A DNA stretch of 64,000 bases from an uncultured delta proteobacterium (GTDB lineage: Bacteria > Desulfobacterota > Binatia > DP-6). Position 1 is the first letter of the stretch; each line of letters begins with the position of its first letter. Below, piece by piece: positions 9,201-19,046 of the stretch. The notes below the pieces were generated by a model, which saw nothing but the letters and a program-made list of their open reading frames with translations, was not told where the DNA came from and ran no database searches. Where the stretch lies: NCBI GenBank assembly GCA_963815115.1, contig CAWFFN010000005.1:1440001-1504000 (forward strand). Direction: 5' to 3'. Position numbers and translations under genes: made by a program.

Positions 9201-11063
9201 ATGCGATCGTCAACGAGCCTCCTGCTGACTCTCTTCCTCGTGGCCGGGGGGCTCGACGCCCGCGCCGCGAATCTGCCCGTCCCGGCCGGTGACGCCGCGG
9301 CGCTCGTGGCGGCACTGGAGACCGCGAATGCCAACGGGGAGGACGACGTGATCGTCCTGGCACCCGGTGCCACCTACTCCCTCGCGGCACCCCACCATCA
9401 GGTGACCGGCCTCCCGGAGGTGACGGGCCGCATCGTGATCCAGGGCAACGGCGCCACCATCCAGCGCACCGGCGCCACCGAGTTCCGCATCCTGGACGTC
9501 GGTTCGTCGGGCGATCTGACGCTCGACCAGGTCACCATCAAGGGCGGGAAGGTGACTTTCATCACCGCCCCACCTCCCATCTTCAGCGACGGTGGCGCAG
9601 GCATCCGCGTGCTCGGCAGTGGCAAGCTCACCATCACGAACGGCACGGTCACGCAGAACACCTGCACGGGTGCTGTCTGCTTCGGCGGCGGGATCCTGGC
9701 CTACGACGATCAGTTTCCCGAGGTGACGCTGGTCGACAGCACGGTGAGTGAGAACGCTGCGGAGAACGGCGGTGGCATCTGCCTGCGCCACAACGACCAG
9801 ATCCTGCGCCTCACGCGGACCACCATCAACGGCAACTCCGCGAACGAGGGCGGGGGCATCGCAACGTACGGTCATGACGACGTGACGATCGTCGACAGCT
9901 CGGTTCGCGGCAACTCCGTGTCGCAGACGGCCAGCAGCGGTGGAGCCCTCGGAGGCGGGATCCTCGACGTCGGCGGCGGCACCTTCATGATCAAGGGCAC
10001 GACCATCAGCGACAACCACGCGACGGCCAACCAGAACGGCGGATTCACCGCCGTCTATGGCGGAGGGATGGGCGAGAACGGCGGCGCGACGGTCACCATG
10101 ATCAACTCGACCGTGACCGGGAACTCGGTGACGAATACCGGCACCGCGCTGGCCGGCGGCGCCGGCCTGTTCTCCGAAGGCGGGGGCAAGTGGACCCTCA
10201 ACAACGTGACGATCTCGGACAACACGATGACGGCCCAGAACGGCACGGGCGGCGGACTCGAGGCAACGCGTGGCGTCTTCACCCTCCGCAATACCATCGT
10301 CGCCGGCAACAGCGCGCCGAGCCGCCCGGACTGCTCGGCGCTGGGGAGCAATCCCTCGGGCCCCATATTCGACTCGTTCGTCCTGACCGAGGGTCACAAC
10401 ATCGTCGGCAACACCACGGGTTGCGCCGGCTTCGCCGCCGCTGCCGGCGATCTGACCGGTGCGGATCCACTCCTCGCTCCCCTCGGCGACAACGGCGGCC
10501 CGACGCGGACGCGCGCCCTCCTCGCCGGGAGCCCCGCTCTCGACGCCGGCGATCCCGGACTGCCCGGCACCGAGACGGCCTGCGAGGCCACGGACCAGCG
10601 GGGCATCGGCCGTCCGCAGGGGCTGCGCTGCGACATCGGCGCGTACGAGCGCGACGTCTCCGTCACGACGACGCTCCCCTTGGCCAGCACCACGACGACG
10701 ACGCTGCCCGGGGGGTGTGCGGCCCCGCAGGCGCCGACCTTCGTTTCGATCGACTGCCGGCTCGACGTGCTGGTTGCCCGCGTGCAATCGGCGACGGACC
10801 TGGGCCGGCTCGAGCGCAGCCTCGAGGGGATCGTCACGAAGGCGCGTGCCAAGAAGATCCAGGCCGAGGAGTTCGATGCCAGGGCACGCCGGAAGCAGTC
10901 GTTGAACGCGCTCAAGAAGGCGATCGCCCGGATGAGGAGCTTCATCCACAAGCTGCGCTCGCTGCCTGGACGCAAGGTGATCCCGCTCGCGACCTCGACC
11001 GAGCTCCAGGATGCGGCCAATCCGATCCTCGCCGACATGAAGACGCTCCGCGCGGCACTCTGA
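9201..11063 (+). CDS. secreted right-handed beta-helix protein with choice-of-anchor Q domain and basic C-terminal domain
   Basis: Signal peptide, GGGI/stvs.N repeats, DPLLAPLGDNGGPTRTRALLAGSPALDAG..DQRG..CDIGAYE, TTTTTLP linker. Confidence 0.85.
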   Translation: MRSSTSLLLTLFLVAGGLDARAANLPVPAGDAAALVAALETANANGEDDVIVLAPGATYSLAAPHHQVTGLPEVTGRIVIQGNGATIQRTGATEFRILDVGSSGDLTLDQVTIKGGKVTFITAPPPIFSDGGAGIRVLGSGKLTITNGTVTQNTCTGAVCFGGGILAYDDQFPEVTLVDSTVSENAAENGGGICLRHNDQILRLTRTTINGNSANEGGGIATYGHDDVTIVDSSVRGNSVSQTASSGGALGGGILDVGGGTFMIKGTTISDNHATANQNGGFTAVYGGGMGENGGATVTMINSTVTGNSVTNTGTALAGGAGLFSEGGGKWTLNNVTISDNTMTAQNGTGGGLEATRGVFTLRNTIVAGNSAPSRPDCSALGSNPSGPIFDSFVLTEGHNIVGNTTGCAGFAAAAGDLTGADPLLAPLGDNGGPTRTRALLAGSPALDAGDPGLPGTETACEATDQRGIGRPQGLRCDIGAYERDVSVTTTLPLASTTTTTLPGGCAAPQAPTFVSIDCRLDVLVARVQSATDLGRLERSLEGIVTKARAKKIQAEEFDARARRKQSLNALKKAIARMRSFIHKLRSLPGRKVIPLATSTELQDAANPILADMKTLRAAL

Positions 11064-11137
11064 CGCGGAGATTCGCCGAGCCCGCGCCGGCGTATTTTTC
11101 ATTGACACTCGTCAAATCCGGCGGGTACGACCGCACG

Positions 11138-12877
11138 ATGTTCCCCTGCACGTTGCCCGCCCGCAGATGCAATCGTCGGCCTTTCCGCGTCACCTCCAGT
11201 GCGCTGATCGCAGCGCTGCTCGCCGTGCCGCCGGTGGCCCGGGCCGGCACGGCCACGCTCGACACCCACTTCGGGTCCGGTGGGGTGGTGACCACCGACG
11301 TCTTCGGGCAGGGCGCCGTGAACGCGCTCGCCCTGGTCACCAACGGCCCGGCGGTTCGGATCGTTGCAGCGGGAACCAACAACAACGTCACCGTCCTGGC
11401 CCGCTACCTGGCGGACGGCAGTCTCGACTCCTCGTTCACCGACCCCGGCGGCTCGAGCTCGGTGCCGGGCATCGTATTCGGCGCTCAGGGCTCCGCCGAA
11501 GCGATCATCCGCCTCGCCAATGGCAACCTGCTGACGGGGGGCGGGAACGCGTTCACGCTCAATGGATTCCTGGCAGACGGAGCATCCGTGGGGGCCGAGT
11601 CGTTCACCAGCGCCGGCGGCTTCAGCCTGGGCTCGATGCACCAGCTCATTCCGGTAGGCGACGGCACATTCCTCGCCGCCGGTGAAGGTTACGCCAACCG
11701 GTGCGCGCTCGGAAGGCTCGACTCCTCGCTGAAGCTGGATGCCACCTTCGCGGGCGGCGGGATCACGCAGCAGCCCCTCGGCGAGCTCTCCTGTCGCGGC
11801 CTGGTACGAGACCCCGGCACGGGTCAGATCTACGTCACGGCAACCCGTACCCCGGGTGGAACCAACGGCTTCGGCATTGCCCGCTTCGCCGCGTCCGGAG
11901 CCCTCGACGCTGCCTTTGGCTCGGGCGGCGTCGCGCTGATCCCGGGAAGCGACAGCTTCTCGCTGCCCCGCGCGATGATCAGGCAGCCGGACGGCAAGCT
12001 GATCGTGGTCGGGACCGCCGGGAGCGGGATCGGCGCGATTCCGAAGGCAGCGGTCGCCGCGCGCTTCAACGGCGACGGCACGCTCGATCCGGCCTTCGGT
12101 CCGGCCGGCGTCGGGGTGACTGCCTTCGGCGACCCGAGCGGGACGATCGCATTCAACGCCACCGCGGTCGTGCTGCAGGATGACGGCCGGGTGCTCGTCG
12201 GGGGCACGGCCGTCGGTCCCTCCAACGTGAAGGACGGCGCCGGCCCCAGCGCATTCGTGCTGACGCGCTTCACCGCCGACGGCCAGTACGACGTGGCATT
12301 CGGCGATGATCCCAGCGGCACGCTCGTCGTCACTCCCTTCGGCGCCGGCGTGAGCGCCGATCTCCACGCCATGGCGCTGCAGCCCGACGGAAAGCTGCTC
12401 GTGGCCGGCGAGGCCGGCACGTTGCAAACGCGGTTCGCGCTGGCACGCTACATCGTGAGCGGCGCGTCGGTCACGCCGTCGAGCAGCACGACCACCACCA
12501 CGTTGCCGGGTGGCGGTGGAGGCGGCGGTGGCGGCGGCGGCGCGAGCGGGTGCACGGGGGCCAGCAACCTCGACATCCTGCACTGCCTCTGCGCCGCGGG
12601 CGTCGGCGCGCCGTCGTGCACCGGCCAGCCGGTGCCGGCCAGCGTCGGCAGCAACTTGGTGCGCGCGTGCGCCCAGGTCGACAAGGCGCTCGGGAAACCC
12701 GCGAAGAAGGCACGCACGCTCCTGGGTCGGGGCAAGACCCGGCTCCGGCATGCGAGCGCCACGCTACGCAGCCATCGCAGCCGGGCGAAGCTCTCCGAGA
12801 CCTGCCGCGGCGACGTCGAGTCCCTCCTGGCGGAAGGGCGCACCCTGATCGACGCGTTGCGAGCCGGGGCGCCGTGA
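11138..12877 (+). CDS. secreted delta-60-repeat beta-propeller protein with basic C-terminal domain
   Basis: Repeats of LARY.ADGSLDSSF, QPDGKLIVVG and LDPAFG; TTTTTLP plus poly-Gly linker; Cys/Lys/Arg-rich tail. Confidence 0.85.
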   Translation: MFPCTLPARRCNRRPFRVTSSALIAALLAVPPVARAGTATLDTHFGSGGVVTTDVFGQGAVNALALVTNGPAVRIVAAGTNNNVTVLARYLADGSLDSSFTDPGGSSSVPGIVFGAQGSAEAIIRLANGNLLTGGGNAFTLNGFLADGASVGAESFTSAGGFSLGSMHQLIPVGDGTFLAAGEGYANRCALGRLDSSLKLDATFAGGGITQQPLGELSCRGLVRDPGTGQIYVTATRTPGGTNGFGIARFAASGALDAAFGSGGVALIPGSDSFSLPRAMIRQPDGKLIVVGTAGSGIGAIPKAAVAARFNGDGTLDPAFGPAGVGVTAFGDPSGTIAFNATAVVLQDDGRVLVGGTAVGPSNVKDGAGPSAFVLTRFTADGQYDVAFGDDPSGTLVVTPFGAGVSADLHAMALQPDGKLLVAGEAGTLQTRFALARYIVSGASVTPSSSTTTTTLPGGGGGGGGGGGASGCTGASNLDILHCLCAAGVGAPSCTGQPVPASVGSNLVRACAQVDKALGKPAKKARTLLGRGKTRLRHASATLRSHRSRAKLSETCRGDVESLLAEGRTLIDALRAGAP

Positions 12878-13034
12878 GCGGGAGCGCGAGGGGTCACACG
12901 ACACCGGGACGCGTGCCGCTTCATCCGCGCTGTCGCTTTCCTGGGACGGCCGCGACCGTGCTATGCCGTTTGCGCGTCGGGGTGCCTCCTCCTCGTTGCA
13001 CCCGAGCCGATCGACCGACCAACGGAGGTACGAG

Positions 13035-13911
13035 ATGGCCCAGCTGAGGCGAGTGCCCGCGAGCGCGCCGGTGGACGACGTGGTTCGCGTGCTGCGTGAG
13101 GACGGCGGGGTGATCGTCGAGAACGTCATCGACCGTTCCACCGTTGCCGCGATCAACGCCGAGGTGGACGGCTACGTCGAGGCAGCCGATCCGGCGATGC
13201 GTCATCTGAACCCCGCGATCCAGTATCTTCTTCGGCGATCGCACGAAGCACGTCGGCGGCATCGCCGGGAAGTCACGCACGTTCGCCACCGAGGTCATGA
13301 TCCACCCGCTCTACCTCGGCATCTGCGATGCCGTCCTCGGCCCCTCGTGCGCGAGCTATCAGCTGAACCTCGCCCACCTGATCGCACGCGGTCCGGGCGC
13401 GGACCACCAGTATCTCCATCGCGACGAGCTGGTGTGGAACCTGGTGCCGCGCCCACATCCCGAGCTGCAGCTCGCCTCCCTCGTGGCGCTGGTCGACTTC
13501 GACACGGCGAACGGCGCGACACGTGTCGTGCCGGGCAGCCATCGCTGGGAGCTCGACCGCCATCCCGAGGACGACGAGATCGCCGACGCCGTCATGCGCG
13601 CCGGTTCGGCCGTCGTCTACCTGGGCTCGACGCTCCACGGCGGCGGCGCCAACTCGACGCTCGATCGATGGCGCCGAGGGGTCCACATCAGCTACACGCT
13701 CGGGTGGCTGCGCACCGAGGAGAACAACTACCTCGCCGTACCGCCGGCGGTCGCGCGCACCCTGCCGCGGCGCTGCCAGGAGGTCCTCGGATACGCGGTG
13801 CACGACGCCCTGCCGCGGAACGGTGGCTACCTCGGCATGGTGTCGCTGCGCGATCCACTCGAGCTGCTCGAGGACGGGACCATCGGTGGCGACCCGCGGA
13901 CGCCGCCCTGA
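13035..13911 (+). CDS. phytanoyl-CoA dioxygenase (PhyH) family Fe/2OG dioxygenase, frameshift near 13230
   Basis: GGAGG RBS; LREDGGVIVE, QYLHRD, NGATRVVPGSH, STLHGGGAN, GWLRTEEN. Confidence 0.88.
13685..13827 (+). repeat. direct repeat copy 1 (within phyH 3' region)
   Basis: acatcagctacacgctcgggtggctgcgc...ccgcggaacggtggc recurs at 51348-51486, identical apart from a 4-nt indel. Confidence 0.95.
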
Positions 13912-14246
13912 GGCAGATGCCGGCCGCGATCGAGTCGGCGCGCCCTGAGACGGGCAACCTCCGAGAACGGGGCTGGGAAACGCGGCCTCTCTGACTCACG
14001 AAGGATACAGCCACACCAGTCCCGCGATCCCAGCGCTTGCTTCAAGTACCTGTTCGATCGGCGGACACGACGAGATTGCGCCGATGCACGAGATGCCGGG
14101 CACTGCGATCGCTGGATGACGTCCTGATCCTCCAGGTGTGCTCGACGAGGGCCGGGAGGGCGCGCCCCCAGTCCAGAACCGCCGCTTGTGAAGCCATCGT
14201 CGCATGGAACCAGGCTGGCGCTAAGCTGCGTTTCGGCTAGAGATGG

Positions 14247-15302
14247 ATGGCAATGCCGGCCCGAGTCGTCCTTGGCCGGGGGGGCCTCCTCGCCGTCGCG
14301 TGCCTCGTCGCCGCCTGCTCGGTGACGCGCCAACGGGTGGATCTAGCCATGCGTGGCGATGTCCCCGCTGCGGATCGGCAGGGGAGTCGCGTCGGTTCGA
14401 AGGTCGAGCCGACGCTAGCCCGGCGGCTCACTGCCGCATTCAGATGCCCGCAGGATGGCCGCGGCGACCACGGGCCCCAGTACTGCTGGGAACTCGGAGA
14501 GCGCCCCGATCGCGAAATCGTGGGGGGCTCTCTCGGGGTAGCTGCCAGCGTGCTGCCGGGAGTGGAGTGCGCCGACTTGTGCTCGCAAAAGCACATCTCG
14601 ATCGCGCCTATAGTGGCAAAGCTCGGCCGACCACCCGAACCCGCCGAGATTGCACGCCGGCTGGCCCCGTCAGGTCCGGCCAACGACCGGCTTCGGGACG
14701 TCGTCCGCCGCGCTTACGAGGAAGCCGTCCGGACGCGCTACCGCCGCTACGCCGACTACCTGGAGCGGGAGCTTTCGGACGCAGACTATGTCGAGATCGG
14801 ACCGGTGAGCGGCAGGGGCGCGACTCGTCGCTACGGCAGCGGTCACATCTACGAGGGCCTGAACGAAGCCCTGACCGAGATGGCCGACAGCTACGCGGCG
14901 CTCGAGTGGACGCGCTTCGAACGGGAGTGGGGGCGCGCGGCCGTCCCGACCCGTGCCGGAACGTCGCATGCGGGTTCCACGCGTCCCGACTTGCCGGCGC
15001 CGACTGTGGAGCGCGACGAGACCGGCGGCGCGTCGGCACCGACCGAGCGGGTTGATAGTCAGGCGGTCCCGCCGCCCTCGACGCGCCAGGTCGACAAGGC
15101 TTCCAGCACACCCCCTTCGGCTCCCATCGCCAGGGTCGACGATGTGCCCTGCCGTCGCTCGTGCAACCTTCGCTACCGTGCTTGCCTCGCACGATGCCGC
15201 GACCAGCCGATCACCGGGGGCGAGTACGATGCGTGCGCCTACGAATGCAGCGGCGGGTCGCTCGCCTGTCGCGGCGCATGCGGCGCCGCCGCAGTACCGT
15301 AG
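14247..15302 (+). CDS. hypothetical lipoprotein with Cys-rich C-terminus
   Basis: Lipobox-like LVAAC; C-terminal Cx3Cx6Cx3C motif present twice. Confidence 0.55.
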   Translation: MAMPARVVLGRGGLLAVACLVAACSVTRQRVDLAMRGDVPAADRQGSRVGSKVEPTLARRLTAAFRCPQDGRGDHGPQYCWELGERPDREIVGGSLGVAASVLPGVECADLCSQKHISIAPIVAKLGRPPEPAEIARRLAPSGPANDRLRDVVRRAYEEAVRTRYRRYADYLERELSDADYVEIGPVSGRGATRRYGSGHIYEGLNEALTEMADSYAALEWTRFEREWGRAAVPTRAGTSHAGSTRPDLPAPTVERDETGGASAPTERVDSQAVPPPSTRQVDKASSTPPSAPIARVDDVPCRRSCNLRYRACLARCRDQPITGGEYDACAYECSGGSLACRGACGAAAVP

Positions 15303-15308
15303 GTCCAG

Positions 15309-17006
15309 CTACCCGATCCCGTGCTGCGCCATCCGGCGATAGAGGGTCGCCCGGCTGACGCCCAGCAGCGCCGCCGCGGCCTTCCGCTCCCCGCCGGCGC
15401 GCGCGAGCGCCGCCACGATGCGCTCGCGTTCGTCGGCGGGCAGATCACCCGCGGTGGCGACGGGCGGAGCATGCTCGAGCACCTCGGACGGCAGGTCCTC
15501 GAGCTCGATTGCGGCGCCGGCGCAGTGGATGACCGCGTAGCCGAGGGTGTTCTTCAGCTCGCGGACGTTGCCCGGCCACTCGTACGCCAGCATCGCCTGC
15601 ATTGCCTCGTCGCTCACGGCATCCACGCGACGGCCGGTGAGGGCTCGCTGCTCGGAGAGGACGTGCCGGACGAGCAGCGGAAGGTCCACGCGGCGCTCGC
15701 GCAGCGGCGGCAGATGGATGCGCCCGACGCGGATCCGGTACAGCAGATCGGCGCGGAATCGGCCGACCGCGACCTCCGTCGCCAGCTCGCGGTTCGCCGC
15801 GGCGACGATCCGGACGTCCACGGGCCGAGGCTGGGTCTCGCCGATCCGCATCACCGTCCGCTCCTCGAGCACGCGCAGGAGGGTGGTCTGGACGCGCGGC
15901 GGAAGATCGCCGATCTCGTCGAGGAACAGCGTGCCGGCGCGCGCCGCCTCGAACATGCCGGTGGAGTCGGCGACCGCGCCCGTGAAGGCGCCGCGGCGGT
16001 GGCCGAAGAGCTGGCTGGCCGCTAGCTCCTCCGAGAGGCCCGCGCAGTTCACCGCGACGAACGGACCCTTCCGCCGCGTACTCTCGCCGTGGATCGCCCG
16101 CGCCACCAGCTCCTTCCCGGTACCCGTCTCACCCTCGATGAGCACCGTGACGTCGGTCGGAGCGACCTGTTTCACCAGCCGGACGACTCGCTGGATCGCC
16201 TCGCTCCGCCCGACGAGATCGTGGAAACTGCCCTGCTCGTCCAGCAGCCGGCGGAGGCCGTGCACCTCCGAGACGTCGGTGAGGAAGAATATCTTGCGCT
16301 CGGGGGCGCGTGGGTCGTCCTCGATCTCGATCTCCACCACCGAGTCGTCGGGCGAGCTGCCGGGCAGGCGGGCGACGACCTTCTGCCGCCGCGTCGGCGT
16401 CGTCCGCAGGAGCGCTTCGACGCGGCGCCGGGCGTCGCCCGATAGCCGGAGCCCTTCCGGCCAAGGGAGGTCGAGCAGCGTGCCGGGGTCGACGCCGAGG
16501 ATGCGGCCGGCGGCGGCGTTGGCGAAGACGATCCGACCAGCTGCTTCCACGAGGACGTTGCCGGTGCGCTGGACATCGAGGACCGCGAGCAGGTCGTCGT
16601 GGCTGCGTCGTAGCGCCTGATCGAGGCCATCGCGGTAGAGCGCGATCTCGATCGTCGCGTGCAGGTCGCGCTCGTCGAACGGCTTGACGATGTACCCGTG
16701 TGGCGATACGCGCTTCGCACGCTCGAGCGTCTCCGCATCGGCGAACGCGGTGACGAAGACGACCGGTACGGCGAGCTCGGCGCGCAGTCGCTCCGCCGCG
16801 GCGATGCCGTCGGCACCGTCGCGCAGCGCGATGTCCATGAGGACCAGGTCTGGTCGCACCGCGGCGGCCTGGGCGAGAGCACTGGCATACGAGTCCGCGA
16901 TGCCGACGACCTGGTATCCGAGCCGACGCAACCGGCCCTCGACGTCGAGCGCAACGACGGCTTCGTCCTCGACGACCAGGATGCGCGTTGGCTTCGTGGG
17001 GTCCAC
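15309..17006 (-). CDS. sigma54-dependent response regulator (REC-PAS-AAA-Fis HTH)
   Basis: ILVVEDE/DLVLMDI/KPF receiver, GETGTGKE, GAFTGA, LFLDEIG, WPGNVREL, LGVSRATLYRRM. Confidence 0.95.
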   Translation of the reverse strand: MDPTKPTRILVVEDEAVVALDVEGRLRRLGYQVVGIADSYASALAQAAAVRPDLVLMDIALRDGADGIAAAERLRAELAVPVVFVTAFADAETLERAKRVSPHGYIVKPFDERDLHATIEIALYRDGLDQALRRSHDDLLAVLDVQRTGNVLVEAAGRIVFANAAAGRILGVDPGTLLDLPWPEGLRLSGDARRRVEALLRTTPTRRQKVVARLPGSSPDDSVVEIEIEDDPRAPERKIFFLTDVSEVHGLRRLLDEQGSFHDLVGRSEAIQRVVRLVKQVAPTDVTVLIEGETGTGKELVARAIHGESTRRKGPFVAVNCAGLSEELAASQLFGHRRGAFTGAVADSTGMFEAARAGTLFLDEIGDLPPRVQTTLLRVLEERTVMRIGETQPRPVDVRIVAAANRELATEVAVGRFRADLLYRIRVGRIHLPPLRERRVDLPLLVRHVLSEQRALTGRRVDAVSDEAMQAMLAYEWPGNVRELKNTLGYAVIHCAGAAIELEDLPSEVLEHAPPVATAGDLPADERERIVAALARAGGERKAAAALLGVSRATLYRRMAQHGIG

Positions 17007-17010
17007 GGGC

Positions 17011-18861
17011 TCAGCGCTGCGCGACCGCGGCGTGCGGTCTCTCGACCACGGGGAAGGTCAGCGTGAACCGGGTCCCGCTGTCGCCCTCGACCGACGAGAC
17101 CCCTCCCAGCTGCCGCACGAGCGCCGCGATCAGCCTCTGTCCGAGCGACCCGGGATGCTCCTGGCCATTCGGCAGCACAGGAAGCCCGACGCCGTCGTCG
17201 GCCACGACGAGGGTCGCGGAGCCGTCCCCGCAGTGGAACGCGACGGTGATCGTCCCGCTCCGGCCGTCGGGAAAGGCATGCTTCAGGACGTTCGAGAGCA
17301 GCTCGTTCAGGACCAGCCCGCAGGCGATTGCGACGTCGAGCTCCAGGGCGACCGGGTCGACGTCGAGCGTGAGCCTGACCGGCCGGCCCACCACTCCCGC
17401 CGATGCGAGCACGTTCCGCGTGAGCCCCTCGACGTAGTCGCGGAAGTCGACCCGCGCGAGATCACCCGACCTGTAGAGCTGCTCGTGGATCAGGGCCATC
17501 GAGCGGATCCGGTTCTCGCTCTCGTGGAAGAGTCGCGCGGCTTCGGGCGATGCCGAGTCTTCGGCCTGGAGGTACAAGAGGCTGGAGATCACCTGGAGGT
17601 TGTTCTTCACTCGATGATGCACCTCGCGCAGCAGTGCCTCCTTCTCGGCGAGCGAGCGGCGCAGCTCTTCCTCGACCTGCTTCCGGCGTCGGATGTCCCG
17701 CGCCACCCACACGCGGCCTTGTGGACGTCCCGCACTGTCGTGAAGGTCTCGTGGCGTGCAGACGACCGGCAGGGTCGCGCCACTCCGCGTGACCACCTCG
17801 GCCTCGCCCGGGCCGTTGGCGCCGTTGCCTGGCCCGCGAATCACCTCTCCCACGTCGCGCCCCACCAGCTCGACCTCGCTCCACCCGAGTTGCTCGATCG
17901 CGGCCTGGTTCACCGTCTGAACGCGACCCGCCGGGTCCGTGGCAATGAGCATTTCGCCCATCGACCGGATGATGTCGTCCACGTAGGACTTCGATACCGT
18001 GGTCGTTTGGAGACGCTCCGCCATCTCGTTGAACGAGGCGGCGAGCGCCCCGAGCTCGTCCGAGGAAGTCTCCGCCACACGGACCGCCAGGTCGCCGGCC
18101 CCGAGACGGTCGGCCGCGTCGCAGAGTCCCGCGATCGGACGCGCGATCGAGCGCGTGGTGAGGAACCCGAGGAGCACGGCCAGCCCGAGCGCAAACACGG
18201 TGAGCAGCGTGTTGTCACGATCGGCCTTGGCGAGGGCGGCCTCGACCACGGCGACCGCCTCGAGCAGCTCCCGCTCGGCCGCTTCCTGGTAGCCCTGGAT
18301 GAGCGGCAACAGCACGTCGACGTAGTGGGGCTCGATCCGTTGGTCGAGGTAGCGCCCCGCCGCGTCCGGGTCCGAGGGCGCGACCTCTTCGAGCTGCCCC
18401 AGCAACGATCGGTGGGCCGCGATCTCGTCGTCGAGCCGGTCGAGCCAAGTCGAGATCTCGTACCGCTCCCGTGCGCTGGCCCGGGCGTCTCCCACTTGCT
18501 CGGCCATCGCCAGCGCGCCCTCCGTGGCGCGCCGGCTCGCTTCGAGCTGTTCCTCGAAGGTGGACAGGCCGATCTCGATGGCCTTCGACTGGCCGGCGGA
18601 TCTGGGCTGCTGCGACCGCGAGCCGCGGCGCGCCGAACGTTCGCTCCATGAGGCCGACACCAGCTCCCGTGCCGCGAGCTCCGTCTCCTTGAGTGCGATC
18701 AACATGTCGACCGCCCCCACCAGCTCCTGGATGGAGTTGCGCCGCAGGTGCTCGACCTGGACCCGCACCGCGTTGTTCGCGACCGTCGAGCGCCAGCCGA
18801 CCACGCCAACGAGCGCGGCGATCCCCAGCAGGCACAGGGAGATCTTGAGCCCGATTCGCAC
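17011..18861 (-). CDS. membrane sensor histidine kinase (periplasmic helical sensor, HAMP, PAS, HisKA_2, HATPase)
   Basis: Two TM helices, DELGALAASFNEM, EVHHRVKNNLQ, NELLSNVLKHAF, DDGVG. Start is approximate. Confidence 0.92.
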   Translation of the reverse strand: MRIGLKISLCLLGIAALVGVVGWRSTVANNAVRVQVEHLRRNSIQELVGAVDMLIALKETELAARELVSASWSERSARRGSRSQQPRSAGQSKAIEIGLSTFEEQLEASRRATEGALAMAEQVGDARASARERYEISTWLDRLDDEIAAHRSLLGQLEEVAPSDPDAAGRYLDQRIEPHYVDVLLPLIQGYQEAAERELLEAVAVVEAALAKADRDNTLLTVFALGLAVLLGFLTTRSIARPIAGLCDAADRLGAGDLAVRVAETSSDELGALAASFNEMAERLQTTTVSKSYVDDIIRSMGEMLIATDPAGRVQTVNQAAIEQLGWSEVELVGRDVGEVIRGPGNGANGPGEAEVVTRSGATLPVVCTPRDLHDSAGRPQGRVWVARDIRRRKQVEEELRRSLAEKEALLREVHHRVKNNLQVISSLLYLQAEDSASPEAARLFHESENRIRSMALIHEQLYRSGDLARVDFRDYVEGLTRNVLASAGVVGRPVRLTLDVDPVALELDVAIACGLVLNELLSNVLKHAFPDGRSGTITVAFHCGDGSATLVVADDGVGLPVLPNGQEHPGSLGQRLIAALVRQLGGVSSVEGDSGTRFTLTFPVVERPHAAVAQR

Positions 18862-19046
18862 GTTCTGGCAGACCGCATAGCAGGACGGCGCCGGGGACAC
18901 GATGCCCCACGACGCTGTCCCCTCCCGCGCGGCCAGCGTCGAACGGCGCCCGCATCGAGGGGCGTTCCACCTTGACATTGGCGCGTTCGGCCTCGAGATC
19001 GAAGGTTCGGCTTTTGCTAGGAAGGTCGTTGGTGCCCGCTACCCGC

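Noticed and set aside
12508-12543. GGC/GGT microsatellite
   Set aside because: It encodes an in-frame poly-Gly linker, so it cannot cause phase variation by frameshift.
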